Virus record (IMG/VR): IMGVR_UViG_2585427757_000006
Source of the DNA: a virus
Lineage: Duplodnaviria; Heunggongvirae; Uroviricota; Caudoviricetes
Length of the DNA stretch: 64,000 bases
Reading direction: 5' to 3' (one strand)
Of the stretch, positions 20,035 through 30,383 are shown in pieces. A model generated the notes under the pieces. It ran no database searches, had not been told where the DNA came from, and was given only the letters and a program-made list of their open reading frames with translations. Numbering within the stretch: the first letter of the stretch is position 1; each line of letters opens with the position of its first letter. A program made the translations under genes and the position numbers.

Positions 20035-20904
20035 TTATTTTTTGATCATTCCGTACATTGCTGAGGCTTTAGCTTGCTCAACAAAGGAGGATAAATCGAC
20101 ATCACTATAGGTTGGAGACTTCAGAATCTTTCCATCGGAAATTCGAAAACCGATCATCTTATCGGTGCCATCAGCATGGCGAAATCCCAGGTCAGAAGAG
20201 TCGTATTTGCAGTTGGCCACAGCATGGCGACGCTCTTCGGCATCTGCAGGCCATAATTTTGTCATGTTGGACCGATGAATTTCGCCAACCAGCTCGACGA
20301 CATTGATACCGAGAAAATCAGCCAGTCGATAAGTCATCATGCACGCCACATAGATTTTGTTCATTACACGGCGCAGTTCCTGAATCAGCTCAGAATCCTT
20401 AACAGTCTTCTTCTCAAGTTTATCTGCCAGCTCTTCGAGCATACATGACGCCTCACGAGCTTCCTGAAATGGCATTGCCATATCATCGAAAACAGTGTTA
20501 CCAGGCACAAAAATTGTCTGCATAAAGCGATCAATGCTCTGTTCCTGCGTGTAATAAGTCATGCCGGTAGAAATACCACCTTTGATGGCGACCATCGTAC
20601 CAACACCAACGTATAAAAAGTCGGCCATTGCATCCAGCAGTTGCTCAATATCCCCATTCATTGCGGCTGGAATACCTTCCACTACAGCTTCTTCATGAAT
20701 CAGGCTTGCACGGAGACGAAGCAGCTCTGGTGTCGGCATAACGCGTCTCGGATGCTGGAAGAGTTCATGAAACTGATCGACCATCTTGTAAATACTTTCA
20801 GTGGCTACACCATGGCCTTCATGCAACTCATATGGTTCTGGCTTAAATCCAATGAGTCGATCGGTGGCAAGTTTCAGGTGGTCAGTCAGTTTGGTAAAGT
20901 TCAT
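20035..20904 (-). CDS. All-alpha NTP pyrophosphohydrolase-like (MazG-like) protein, putative (289 aa)
   Basis: LIHEEAVVE...LLDAMADFLYV resembles the EExxE...D motif pair of the MazG/dUTPase-like fold. Recollection-based. Confidence 0.35.
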   Translation of the reverse strand: MNFTKLTDHLKLATDRLIGFKPEPYELHEGHGVATESIYKMVDQFHELFQHPRRVMPTPELLRLRASLIHEEAVVEGIPAAMNGDIEQLLDAMADFLYVGVGTMVAIKGGISTGMTYYTQEQSIDRFMQTIFVPGNTVFDDMAMPFQEAREASCMLEELADKLEKKTVKDSELIQELRRVMNKIYVACMMTYRLADFLGINVVELVGEIHRSNMTKLWPADAEERRHAVANCKYDSSDLGFRHADGTDKMIGFRISDGKILKSPTYSDVDLSSFVEQAKASAMYGMIKK

Positions 20905-20981
20905 GCTAGTTTTGCTCCTTCTTAATTCTTGTGATCCATTGTGGCCCAGCGTTGCCAGGCCACATAATGCTTTGTATCGGT

Positions 20982-22124
20982 TTACAGGTCTGCAAACTGG
21001 CTTAGAGAAGCCTTATCCACGGTAGAATCGATCTGACCTACCAGATATGTGCTTTGCTCTGCCTCTTGTGGTGCAATTTGCAGTGTGTCGGTTAACAACC
21101 ACTTGTTCATCCAGACCAGCGGATCAGTGGTAACTTCTGGAAATAAAGCCTTCAGGCCAAGACGATTCATAGCCAGATTGGTGCGGTATTTTACATAGGT
21201 TTTGAGAATATCCGCGTTTAAACCAATCATCGAACCGTCTTTGAAGAGATAGTCTGCCCAGTTCATTTCTTGTTCGGCGACTGATTTCATGGTGTCGTAA
21301 ATGACGTTTTCTTCATCAGCAGCAATCTCTTTCCACAATAAACCTTCGCGACCGGTACGCATGAAGCGGATCATGCGTTCAGTTCCTTCGCAATGCAGAG
21401 CTTCATCACGGGCAATAAAGCGCATAATTTTGGTGTTACCCTCAAGCAACTTCCGTTCACCAAAGGCAAACGTACATGCAAAACTTACGTAGAAACGGAT
21501 CGCCTCAAGCGCATTAATGGACACCAACGTGCGGAAAAGCTGACGATGCAAAGGGTATGGCTCCCAGCCATATTCATTTACGTACAGACGCTCAAATTCC
21601 TTCTCACCTAACGACTGGCGCTCGCAGGTCATCCCATAAAGCCTGTCATATTCAGCAGAGATACTGATCGCTCGGTTGATGATTTCTTCATCCGTAACAA
21701 TGCCGTCAAAAACAATGCTCGGATCGTCCACCATGCCACGAATAATGTGGGTGTAGCTGCGGCTATGGATAGTCTCAGAGAAAGACCACGTTTCAACCCA
21801 CGTTTCCAGTTCAGGAATAGAGATAAGCGGCAGCAGCGTTGCATTTGGACTACGTCCCTGAACTGAATCGAGTAACGTTTGATAACGGAGATTGCTCAGA
21901 AAAATGTGACGTTCGTGGTCCCGCAGCTTCGTGTTGAAGTCGATACGATCGCTCGAAATATCAACTTCTTCCGGCCGCCAGAAGAAAGACAATTGACGTT
22001 CAATCAACTTTTCAAAATCACGGTATTTTTGCTGATCGTAACGTGCCACGTTGACAGATTGTCCGAGGAACATAGGCTCTTTGGTTGCATCATTAGCACC
22101 CAAACGGAACGTTGAATATGACAT
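20982..22124 (-). CDS. nrdB: Ribonucleotide reductase class Ia beta subunit
   Basis: Iron-ligand motifs [12 protein letters not shown] and RDEALHCEG; 380 aa. Confidence 0.93.
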   Translation of the reverse strand: MSYSTFRLGANDATKEPMFLGQSVNVARYDQQKYRDFEKLIERQLSFFWRPEEVDISSDRIDFNTKLRDHERHIFLSNLRYQTLLDSVQGRSPNATLLPLISIPELETWVETWSFSETIHSRSYTHIIRGMVDDPSIVFDGIVTDEEIINRAISISAEYDRLYGMTCERQSLGEKEFERLYVNEYGWEPYPLHRQLFRTLVSINALEAIRFYVSFACTFAFGERKLLEGNTKIMRFIARDEALHCEGTERMIRFMRTGREGLLWKEIAADEENVIYDTMKSVAEQEMNWADYLFKDGSMIGLNADILKTYVKYRTNLAMNRLGLKALFPEVTTDPLVWMNKWLLTDTLQIAPQEAEQSTYLVGQIDSTVDKASLSQFADL

Positions 22125-22198
22125 GTGTTTTTCCTTTTTCTTTTTTGGTGCGTTTAAACAAGTTGTTATCTTATGTGTTTAAACAAGGCTTACAAATC

Positions 22199-22226
22199 AA
22201 AGAGAAGGTGGGGATATCCCCCACCA
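22199..22226 (-). terminator. Terminator between nrdA and nrdB
   Basis: ggtggggat/atcccccacc (one bulge), followed on the minus strand by ttctctttgattt. Confidence 0.55.
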
Positions 22227-22230
22227 TATG

Positions 22231-24546
22231 TCAGATTTTGCAGGCTCCGTCGCACTCATCTTCTGGCTCGACGGCTACAGCTTGCGCCAGTGGATTCTGC
22301 GGTTCGTCGTCATCACGCTTTCCTGCACCATCTCTGGTGTTGTGGTAGTAAAGCGTTTTAACTCCCATCTTGTAGGCGAGAAGCAAATCTGACAGTAGCG
22401 TCATCATTGGGACTTTATCGCCTTCAAAGCGAGAAGGGTCATAGTTGGTATTGGCTGAAATAGCCTGGTCAAAGAACTTCTGGATGATCGCCACCTTTGT
22501 CAGATAGCCGCGGTTGTCCGGCATATCCCACAGGTATTCATACTGTTCCTTCAGTTTTTCAAACTCAGGCACGACCATCTTAACGATGCCGTCCTTAGAA
22601 GATTTCACCGACACCGGGCCACGAGGCGGTTCGATGCCGTTGGTGGAATTAGTGATCTGGCTGGAAGTCTCGCATGGCATTTGTGCCGTCAGTGTGGAGT
22701 TGCGAAGGCCGTATTTTGCAATACGTTCACGCAGTTCTTCCCACGGCATCTTTAACTCAAAGTTGGTTTCGCCACTTTCGTCTAATGAAGAACGGTAATG
22801 GTCGATCGGCAACTGACCAATTGCGTATTTGGTCTGCTCAAACCAGTCACACTCACCTTTTGCTTCAGCAAGTCGGCAGCTGGCATCAAGAAGGTAATAC
22901 TGGATAGCTTCGAATGTTTCATGCACCAGTTTATTGCCAGCGGTATCAGAATAACGAACGCCATTCTTTGCCAGGTAATAAGCAAAGTTGGTTACACCAA
23001 TTCCCAAGCTACGACGAGCTTTGGCAGGCACTTCGGCTGCCTCCATCGGATAGTCTTGATAATCCAGTAACGAATCCAGTGCAGCAACGGCATAGAACGC
23101 CACCTCTTTAAGAGACTCCAGTGAACGGATGGCTCCGAGGTTAAAAGCGGATAAAGTGCATAGCGCGATCTCACCGTTCGGGTCGTCGGTAAATGCCAGT
23201 GGACGGGTGGGTAGGGTGATCTCCATACACAGGTTTGACTGGCGGACAGGTGCAAGAGCAGGAATGAAAGCGCCATGCTCATTAATATGATCGACGTTCG
23301 CAATATAAATTCGGCCCGTGGACGCTCGTTCCTGCATCAGAGATGAGAACAGCTCAATGGCAGGTACTGACTTCTTGCGAATTGAATCATCGGCTTCGTA
23401 TTTATGGTACAGCTTTTCAAACAGCTCCTGGTCTGTGAAGAAGGCTTCGTACATATCAGGCACATCATGCGGGCTGAACAGAGTGATGTTCTCGCTTCTG
23501 ACGAGTCGACGGTACATTAGACGGTTACTCATGACGCCGTAATCAAGATGGCGAACGCGGTTTTCATCAATACCACGGTTATTTTTCACCACCAGCAGAC
23601 TTTCAACTTCAAGATGCCAGATCGGGTAAAACGCTGTTGCTGCGCCACCACGAACACCACCTTGCGAACAAGATTTAACAGCCGTCTGGAAATGCTTCAG
23701 GAATGGAATAACTCCGGTATGGGTGGCTTCACCATTGCGGATCTCGCTGCCCAGCGCACGGATACGGCCAAAACCAATACCAATTCCAGCACGACGTGAA
23801 ACGTAGTCGATAATTGCGGCTGAAGCTGCACTAATCCCTTTCAGACTATCGCCAGACTCAATCAGCACACAACTGGAGAACTGACGGGTTGGAGTACGGA
23901 CGCCGGCCATGATTGGTGTGGGCAGAGACAGTTTGAACGTACTTGTAACGTCATAGAAACCTTTGACCATCTCCATACGTGTTTTGCCAGCGCAGTCGTC
24001 TTCCCAATTCTGGAACAGACACATGCCTACCAGCATATAGATATGTTGCGGCCCCTCATGAATCTCACCAGTAACACGGTTTTGAACGAGGTATTTGCTT
24101 TGCAACTGCACCGTAGCTGCATAGCCAAAAAGATCGTCACGTTTCGGCTTAATGTAATTGCCGAGTTCTTCGATCTCTTCAAACGAATAATGTGTCAGCA
24201 AATCCTTGTCATAAACGCCCTTGTTAACGTTCTTGACAATGTGTTGGTAGAAGTTCGGATAGTCGTAACGACCGAAGGCATCTTTGCGGATTTTAAAAAT
24301 GTTCAGGCGGGCAGCCACCTGTGAGTAATTTGGTGCTTCTGGTGAGATCAAATCAGCGGCAGATTTAACCAAAGCCTCATGCAACTGGCTGGTGGTCATC
24401 CCATCAAAAATGCTGGCCGCAGCTCCCATTGCTACAGCGGATGCGCTTACACCACGAATGCCTTCTACGCCATACATTACGACGCGGTTGTATTTTTCTT
24501 CGGATAACGGCTCTGTTTGGCCGTTACGTTTTACGATGCTTATCAT
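22231..24546 (-). CDS. nrdA: Ribonucleotide reductase class Ia alpha subunit
   Basis: N-terminal ATP cone (VKRNG..E), active-site NLCMEI, and a C-terminal CDGACKI redox pair; 771 aa. Confidence 0.95.
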   Translation of the reverse strand: MISIVKRNGQTEPLSEEKYNRVVMYGVEGIRGVSASAVAMGAAASIFDGMTTSQLHEALVKSAADLISPEAPNYSQVAARLNIFKIRKDAFGRYDYPNFYQHIVKNVNKGVYDKDLLTHYSFEEIEELGNYIKPKRDDLFGYAATVQLQSKYLVQNRVTGEIHEGPQHIYMLVGMCLFQNWEDDCAGKTRMEMVKGFYDVTSTFKLSLPTPIMAGVRTPTRQFSSCVLIESGDSLKGISAASAAIIDYVSRRAGIGIGFGRIRALGSEIRNGEATHTGVIPFLKHFQTAVKSCSQGGVRGGAATAFYPIWHLEVESLLVVKNNRGIDENRVRHLDYGVMSNRLMYRRLVRSENITLFSPHDVPDMYEAFFTDQELFEKLYHKYEADDSIRKKSVPAIELFSSLMQERASTGRIYIANVDHINEHGAFIPALAPVRQSNLCMEITLPTRPLAFTDDPNGEIALCTLSAFNLGAIRSLESLKEVAFYAVAALDSLLDYQDYPMEAAEVPAKARRSLGIGVTNFAYYLAKNGVRYSDTAGNKLVHETFEAIQYYLLDASCRLAEAKGECDWFEQTKYAIGQLPIDHYRSSLDESGETNFELKMPWEELRERIAKYGLRNSTLTAQMPCETSSQITNSTNGIEPPRGPVSVKSSKDGIVKMVVPEFEKLKEQYEYLWDMPDNRGYLTKVAIIQKFFDQAISANTNYDPSRFEGDKVPMMTLLSDLLLAYKMGVKTLYYHNTRDGAGKRDDDEPQNPLAQAVAVEPEDECDGACKI

Positions 24547-24550
24547 GTAT

Positions 24551-24585
24551 CACCAAATAAAGAGGGCCACTAAATATAGTGGCCC
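24551..24585 (-). terminator. Terminator/attenuator-like hairpin only 5 nt upstream of the nrdA ATG
   Basis: gggccac taaatata gtggccc (24564-24585), followed on the minus strand by tctttatttggtgatacATG. Confidence 0.45.
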
Positions 24586-24619
24586 ATGTTAATAGATAAG
24601 CACTTACCTATCAATGAAA

Positions 24620-25189
24620 TCAAATGAGAGACTTAAGAACATCGCGCACCTGGCGGAACTGATCTGTTTGCATACCGGTATGGATGACAGCCACCGCATC
24701 AGCCAAATGTTCGTTTTTGTTCACGAGAACATCCTGTCCAGATTGCTTACGACGCAGCCACGGTTCTTTAGGGTGTTTTTTCGTAGCCCACTGGATAATC
24801 TCTTCTTTCGATGTAGTAAGTTTATTGCCGACAAAATGCTTGATTTCGTTTGGAGTAACCTGGATCAATGGCTTATCCACACACGCAAGTACACCGATAC
24901 AAATACCGTAAGACGTCTGCGAACGAGAGTTTTGGCTCCCAACCGGTAGCTCACAAAAAACCATATTTGCCTTATCAATGATTGGCTTCGCAACACGCCA
25001 TATTTCACTGGCTCGGCGCAGATCGTCACTGTTCACACGAACGGTCTTTTTGTTACTCCCCGCTTTAGTCTCAACAAGAGTAAGGCCGTGAATCTCAAGT
25101 TCGTCCGTCTCAAGGTCTAAAGTGCCCACAGCAAGCCCAAAGTTGCTCATTGAGGGATCAACACCAACTACGCTGATTTTTTTACTCAT
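24620..25189 (-). CDS. RuvC-like Holliday junction resolvase (189 aa)
   Basis: VVGVDPSMSNFG (first catalytic Asp), ELPVGSQ (Glu) and HLADAVAVIHTG (C-terminal acidic motif). Confidence 0.7.
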   Translation of the reverse strand: MSKKISVVGVDPSMSNFGLAVGTLDLETDELEIHGLTLVETKAGSNKKTVRVNSDDLRRASEIWRVAKPIIDKANMVFCELPVGSQNSRSQTSYGICIGVLACVDKPLIQVTPNEIKHFVGNKLTTSKEEIIQWATKKHPKEPWLRRKQSGQDVLVNKNEHLADAVAVIHTGMQTDQFRQVRDVLKSLI

Positions 25190-25198
25190 ATAGTCTCC

Positions 25199-25942
25199 TT
25201 ACCATGTTCCCCATATAGGGTTTTCCAATAATCTCGCCTCCAACGAATTGGCTACTATTGCCGTTTGCAACGTTGGTTGGGGATAGTTTGCAAAGTCTGA
25301 ATACTCATTTTCCTGCGTGACACGTTTATCTGCGGTATGTTTAACACCACTTGCTATGAAATGACGCATGATGCCCAACAGCCTCCGACTGTCTGCACTA
25401 TCGTTTGCTAAAACATGAGGGAGCTGAAGTTCGATTTCTACCATTTCTCCATACTTACCAACAAACTGTAGTTTGTCCGCACTGTACTTTTTATCCCTCC
25501 TTTGGATAAGGAAACCAGTAAAAGCATCACCTGGCGATGCCAAACTATCCACCCGCTTATTGGCAAGTCGAATAAGGTTCGTGAAAGCCATACAGTGATG
25601 CGCACCCATTCCCCCAAAGAACCCTTCGCTATTAATGTTAAGATCTTCAGTTTCATGGGATGCAATAAACCCAGGCCCGACGTTGGGAAGATATCCCCCC
25701 TCAACAAAAGGATTAATCAGGATCGGCGCAATACATCCAGGTGGTAGTGATTTCAAACTTTGCATCAATGGTGTCTCGGATATTAGACCAAGCAACGCGG
25801 CGAATTGTACTCCGTCAATATTGTTGCTGCCCCATAGAATACGTGGAGCCGCACCATTGGAAGTATGCCCATTGATCAGTTTTATCGACTGCATCACTGC
25901 AAATACCTGCAAAAACTGCGAGCGGCTTAATTTAAACGACAT
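25199..25942 (-). CDS. Hypothetical protein (247 aa)
   Basis: Long ORF overlapping the SbcC-like gene end by 11 nt. No motif recognised. Confidence 0.6.
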   Translation of the reverse strand: MSFKLSRSQFLQVFAVMQSIKLINGHTSNGAAPRILWGSNNIDGVQFAALLGLISETPLMQSLKSLPPGCIAPILINPFVEGGYLPNVGPGFIASHETEDLNINSEGFFGGMGAHHCMAFTNLIRLANKRVDSLASPGDAFTGFLIQRRDKKYSADKLQFVGKYGEMVEIELQLPHVLANDSADSRRLLGIMRHFIASGVKHTADKRVTQENEYSDFANYPQPTLQTAIVANSLEARLLENPIWGTW

Positions 25943-27848
25943 AGCTGCGCCCCTCTTTAACTTCCAGCGTAATAGTTTCCCGGAACCATGACTTCATCTC
26001 TTTATGGGAGATAATCAGCACAGTACCTCGCTCGCGAGCTTTGGACTCCAGAATACCCATGAGGCGTTCAAGACCGGCTGTATCGAGTGCATCGTCAATT
26101 TCGTCGCCGATAAACAAATCGATGTTTTTACTCGCCCGGTTACTAACCAGATCCTGCAATGCCAAAGAACACGCAATGCGAACCTTCCGCTTCTCACCAC
26201 CAGAGAGGGTTTGGAACGACTTACTTGAACCTTTCTTCTGCACACTAATGTTGAATTTGTCGCGATACTCACCTTTTTTAGTGACATCCATCGTCGACCA
26301 CTCAGCAGTAATATTCCCGTCAGACAACGTATTGAGATACTCGGCAGTGCGTGTATTCAGGAAAGGCGTAACAGACGTCAAAATATGAGAACGCACCCCG
26401 GCAGGAGAGTAGACCTGACGAGCTTTTTCCAATAGCAACGTTTGTTCCTGAATAGCCTTCAACTCATCTTTTAAGGACTTGAAGGTAGACTTACTGGATA
26501 CCAGGTTATCTTCGTGTCTGGCGATAAGAGCAATAAACGGATTAATCTCTTTTGATATACGATCGACCTCAGTACGAGCACGAGTCACAAGAGACTCAAT
26601 AGCAACAACCTCCTTCTCACGATGACGCAAAGATGAGAGTTGTTTCGTAAGCTCTTCAATCCGGGCAATGATAGCCGTTACATCAGGTGTCGTTTTAACA
26701 AGGGCAGACTCAATGCTTAACGCTTTCTCAAGATTCGTTTTGTGTTTAGCCATTGCCTCTGCAAGTGTCTTCGCCTGACCAATTTCCTGACGTGCTTGTT
26801 CAATGAAATTCTCCTTCACCGTTGATAGATCTTCTTCGCAGTAGGCTTTGCCACAAGTAGGGCATGGTGATCCCACTTTAGTACCAACCTCTTCTGCTTT
26901 GGTCTTAAAATTACGCGCGCGGCTCATTGCATCAGCCTGACTATTTTCTGTAGCTTTGATGCTTGCCCGAATATCAGTTATCGCACCACGAACTTTGAGC
27001 AACTTGGCGTCATGTTCTTCTTTTGAGGCTAACTTTTTGCGCTCACTTTCGATTGCCTTCTCGGTATCACGGATCTGTTCGGGAAGAGTGCGGATCTCAA
27101 GTTCAACTTCCGTTAACTCAACTTCGGCACTGGCCAGCCCAGCCAGGGCATCGTCATAACGTTTAGAACGCTCTTGCTCCCATGATTCAGAGGAGGCTTT
27201 CGCTGACTCAATTTCTGACTGTGTTGCCTCAATGGTCGAGATTGTCGACTCCAATTTGGTTTTAACCACATCCATACGTGCGGCAGCTGCATTAGCTCGC
27301 TCACGAGCAATAGCGTAGGCGCGTGTCAGTCTGTCAACGCCAGCGGCTTCTTCTACGATGGTTTTGAGGTTTTTGTCGGACATTCCAGGTAAATCTGGCA
27401 TAGCTTCTTGGCTCGCATAGATGGAAGCCATGAAAACCTCTTTAGATGCACCGATCAGACGCTCGACGAACTCTTGCGTCAGCGCATCTTTGCCTTTCGT
27501 CATATCGCCGTCTTCACCACGAACGATAAGCCGATTTTTGAACTCTTTGTGTTTACGGTGACGAATGATCGCATATCTCTTGCCTTCATCCTCGATGGTT
27601 ACTGCAACACGACAGTTCTTTTCATGGTCGGTAGACAACACATCGTCCCCCTTCACACCATGAGCTGTTTCGCCATAAAGACACCACATCAGGCTATTCA
27701 TTAGCGTTGACTTTCCAGAGCCATTACTTGATGCGGAACTATCATCACTATTAACACCCTGAATGAGCACTAAACCACGCTGATCTAACTCGACCTCCGC
27801 GCTGGCGATAGCCATAAAATTCTCAACCTGGAGCTTTAAAAACTTCAT
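25932..27848 (-). CDS. SbcC/Rad50-like SMC ATPase (638 aa)
   Basis: Walker A NGSGKSTL, central coiled coil with a CPTCGK zinc hook, signature LSGGEKRK and Walker B LFIGDEID. Confidence 0.88.
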   Translation of the reverse strand: MKFLKLQVENFMAIASAEVELDQRGLVLIQGVNSDDSSASSNGSGKSTLMNSLMWCLYGETAHGVKGDDVLSTDHEKNCRVAVTIEDEGKRYAIIRHRKHKEFKNRLIVRGEDGDMTKGKDALTQEFVERLIGASKEVFMASIYASQEAMPDLPGMSDKNLKTIVEEAAGVDRLTRAYAIARERANAAAARMDVVKTKLESTISTIEATQSEIESAKASSESWEQERSKRYDDALAGLASAEVELTEVELEIRTLPEQIRDTEKAIESERKKLASKEEHDAKLLKVRGAITDIRASIKATENSQADAMSRARNFKTKAEEVGTKVGSPCPTCGKAYCEEDLSTVKENFIEQARQEIGQAKTLAEAMAKHKTNLEKALSIESALVKTTPDVTAIIARIEELTKQLSSLRHREKEVVAIESLVTRARTEVDRISKEINPFIALIARHEDNLVSSKSTFKSLKDELKAIQEQTLLLEKARQVYSPAGVRSHILTSVTPFLNTRTAEYLNTLSDGNITAEWSTMDVTKKGEYRDKFNISVQKKGSSKSFQTLSGGEKRKVRIACSLALQDLVSNRASKNIDLFIGDEIDDALDTAGLERLMGILESKARERGTVLIISHKEMKSWFRETITLEVKEGRSYVV

Positions 27849-28123
27849 ATAACACCTTTGATACCGTGTGTTAGCTTTTGACCTTCTTTCAATCTGAACT
27901 CCGTATGCGCCGGGAAGGATCTGCGCCTCAATACGCCTTTTCTGGTTAACCTTCCAAGATAAAACGCTACGGGATTTCCTTGTGGCGGGTAGGGCTTGTG
28001 AAACATCACCGTCTGGCCTCGTTCAAGTCTTTTCATCGTGATGGCAAAGTCTCGAAAGCTCCCATAACGACTTTGCCTCACACAGCCTCCGAACTCTCCG
28101 CTTCGGTGAGGATTTCCTGACAC
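27845..28123 (-). CDS. Small basic protein between the SbcD-like and SbcC-like genes (start uncertain: GTG 28123 or ATG 28036)
   Basis: Its stop overlaps the SbcC-like ATG as ATGA (27845-27848). No convincing SD for either start. Confidence 0.3.
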   Translation of the reverse strand: MSGNPHRSGEFGGCVRQSRYGSFRDFAITMKRLERGQTVMFHKPYPPQGNPVAFYLGRLTRKGVLRRRSFPAHTEFRLKEGQKLTHGIKGVI

Positions 28124-29163
28124 AAAATATCCAACTTGCTCAGATCAAATCCGCCGTCAGTATCGTGGACAATCTTGCAATAAGCAGATACCGACTCTCC
28201 CAGGCTATCGATTTTGCTGGTTTCCGTTGTGCTTGCTGTCCCTTCCATCATTGATGACTTACGGATGAAGTTGCACACGACACCTTTTGCACCCATTGTT
28301 TTGAGGATGTTCTGGTACTTAATGCCTTCTTCATCGTTCTCAATTACGGCGCGGAAACGCACGTAGTTGCCGCGAATTTGGTCATCGGCAACATAATCTT
28401 CCAGGTTAATGAATTTAGGCGCACTGGTTTCGTAGTGACTGAAACTGCCGTCCGGGTTTACGATCATGTAACCAGCCAGAGATCCAACATCTCCCCAATT
28501 TTGATGGGTCAGCGCACCGACACTGATAACTCCAGGAATGACCTCTTTGTGGTTGTGGTAATGCCCACTAAGCACGAGACGAAAGCCGATATCCTTTAAC
28601 TCCTGCGCATCGATACCGACGTCAGGCATTGTTGGAATGGCTTTGTTAATGGATGTATGGATAACAACGTCATGGTTATCACCTTCTACGCTCTTACGTA
28701 ATGCTTTCAGATCGCTGATAAGCTCCGCATGATTGTTACGCCAGCTAATCAGGTGGACAGTCACATCACCAATTTTTATTGAGTGTGGGCGCTTGCCACA
28801 TACGATTACCACGCCGATAGAACTCAGCGATGCTGCTGCGTTGGCGCTATATACTGAATCGTTGGTTTCAAGATCGTGATTACCGGCCAGCATTACTACT
28901 GTCAGATCAAGCTCGTTGATAATCCACTTGTACGTTTCAGTTACGTAATGCAAAACAGAAGGGGACACAGTTCCTCGGACGTGAAATGTATCACCGGCAA
29001 CCAACATGTACTTACAACCGGCCTTCTTCATGGCGATGGCTGCTTCTTTCGTTGCTTCCAACTGTATTTCAAGTCTGGAGTTAAGCCCCTCTGCGTTCGT
29101 CGTGGAGAACGCATCCCATTTGTGGTAGTGGCAGTCAGAAATGACGCCGTATGGCAAAGTCAT
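28078..29163 (-). CDS. SbcD/Mre11-like nuclease (361 aa)
   Basis: Phosphoesterase motifs ISDCHYH, AGDTFH, LAGNHD and SGHYH. Confidence 0.88.
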   Translation of the reverse strand: MTLPYGVISDCHYHKWDAFSTTNAEGLNSRLEIQLEATKEAAIAMKKAGCKYMLVAGDTFHVRGTVSPSVLHYVTETYKWIINELDLTVVMLAGNHDLETNDSVYSANAAASLSSIGVVIVCGKRPHSIKIGDVTVHLISWRNNHAELISDLKALRKSVEGDNHDVVIHTSINKAIPTMPDVGIDAQELKDIGFRLVLSGHYHNHKEVIPGVISVGALTHQNWGDVGSLAGYMIVNPDGSFSHYETSAPKFINLEDYVADDQIRGNYVRFRAVIENDEEGIKYQNILKTMGAKGVVCNFIRKSSMMEGTASTTETSKIDSLGESVSAYCKIVHDTDGGFDLSKLDILCQEILTEAESSEAV

Positions 29164-29417
29164 GTGTTTTTCCTTTGTGGTTATTTTGATACAAATTTTA
29201 AGAGCAATGAGAAGGTAAACAACTATGCATAACGGTATGTTAGGAATGAAACGAGCGTCTTAATATACAAAACTTATAAGTAAGTATATACCTATTTATT
29301 GTGGCGCAACTTTGCTTGTCTGTATGACTAAAAATAAGACAGGATCACTGTAGAACGCTATGAGAGCTATTTTGAGGAGGCGTAGATTCTATCTACGCCA
29401 ATATACGATCTGGAGGG

Positions 29418-30062
29418 TTACAGCGCGTCAGTGGGCTTTTTACGCGCTGCGTTTATGCTTATGACGCCAGCTTTTGGACGTGGGTCAACAAGGTTAAGCT
29501 CTTCTTCGCTGTGGTATTCGAGGTCGAACTCACGTTTTACATGTCTGATGTAGATTGCGGTGAGCAGGCTATCTTTGGTCAGAAAGTGTCCGTAGGATTT
29601 GCGGATCACTTCTTCTACCTTCTCGATTTTCTCACCACCCATACAGAGATGATTAAACCGGCTGTGTTTCCGCAACATTTCGTCTACTGGGCCTGAGTAA
29701 ACCTTGTCTACTTTCCCAAAACGGATGATTTTCCCTGTGTCTGCGGATACGAGGCAAATCAGCTTGTCTGGTGATAAACGATCTCGCCACGTCACACCTG
29801 AACGGAGTGTGTTGAAGTAGGGAGCATCCAATCCGATGATCGGTTTACGAAATGCGAGTAATGGAACGTACCTGATGCAACTGTTTAAATGAAAATTCAC
29901 ACCAGCCTTATCAAGTTTAATTCTGGTTTCGTAGATCGGGCACTTCGCCGCTATACCGCAGATGTCACAAAGCAACTTCTGCTTATTCAGGTTGGAATTT
30001 GATTCGATAGTGTAGGAGCCGTCTTCAAGACGACGAACCCAGCGCGTGCGTTTTAGATCCAT
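29418..30062 (-). CDS. Hypothetical protein (214 aa)
   Basis: Long ORF; last minus-strand gene before the replication origin. Confidence 0.6.
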   Translation of the reverse strand: MDLKRTRWVRRLEDGSYTIESNSNLNKQKLLCDICGIAAKCPIYETRIKLDKAGVNFHLNSCIRYVPLLAFRKPIIGLDAPYFNTLRSGVTWRDRLSPDKLICLVSADTGKIIRFGKVDKVYSGPVDEMLRKHSRFNHLCMGGEKIEKVEEVIRKSYGHFLTKDSLLTAIYIRHVKREFDLEYHSEEELNLVDPRPKAGVISINAARKKPTDAL

Positions 30063-30140
30063 ATGTCATTTTTCTGTGATTGTTAGCCGAGGCAACGATA
30101 ACCCACCAGGTGCGCCGAAGGTAGTAAATGCCTGTTTTAA

Positions 30141-30363
30141 TTATTCACATATCCACAGGATAGATCCTAATAAAGAGATCCATAGATAGATCCTTATATA
30201 GATCAAATAAGATCCCCGATCGCTGTAAGCCGCGCCACGACTGGTCTGAAGTCATGTTCATGTATGCTGTCAGCGGTAATTGATAGTCTGTCAGCGGTTC
30301 ACCGTATGCTGCCAACTGTTTTTGGTATTCTGTCAGCGGCAAATCAAGTATGCTGTCAGCGGT
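30141..30363 (+). promoter_or_regulatory. Plasmid origin: two DnaA boxes, six-GATC cluster, five iterons
   Basis: ttattcaca 30141-30149 and atatccaca 30149-30157. GATC at 30163, 30177, 30189, 30201, 30211 and 30218, mostly as agatcc. Iterons at 30263, 30284, 30305 (degenerate), 30326 and 30349. Confidence 0.75.
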
Positions 30364-30383
30364 TGAATGACAAAGGTGTCCAC

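Noticed and set aside
30264-30383. 40-codon N-terminal extension of repA in the ORF track
   Set aside because: The extension is translated iteron DNA (MLSAVIDSLSAV = tatgctgtcagcggt repeats). The ATG at 30384 starts the lysine-rich, protein-like sequence.
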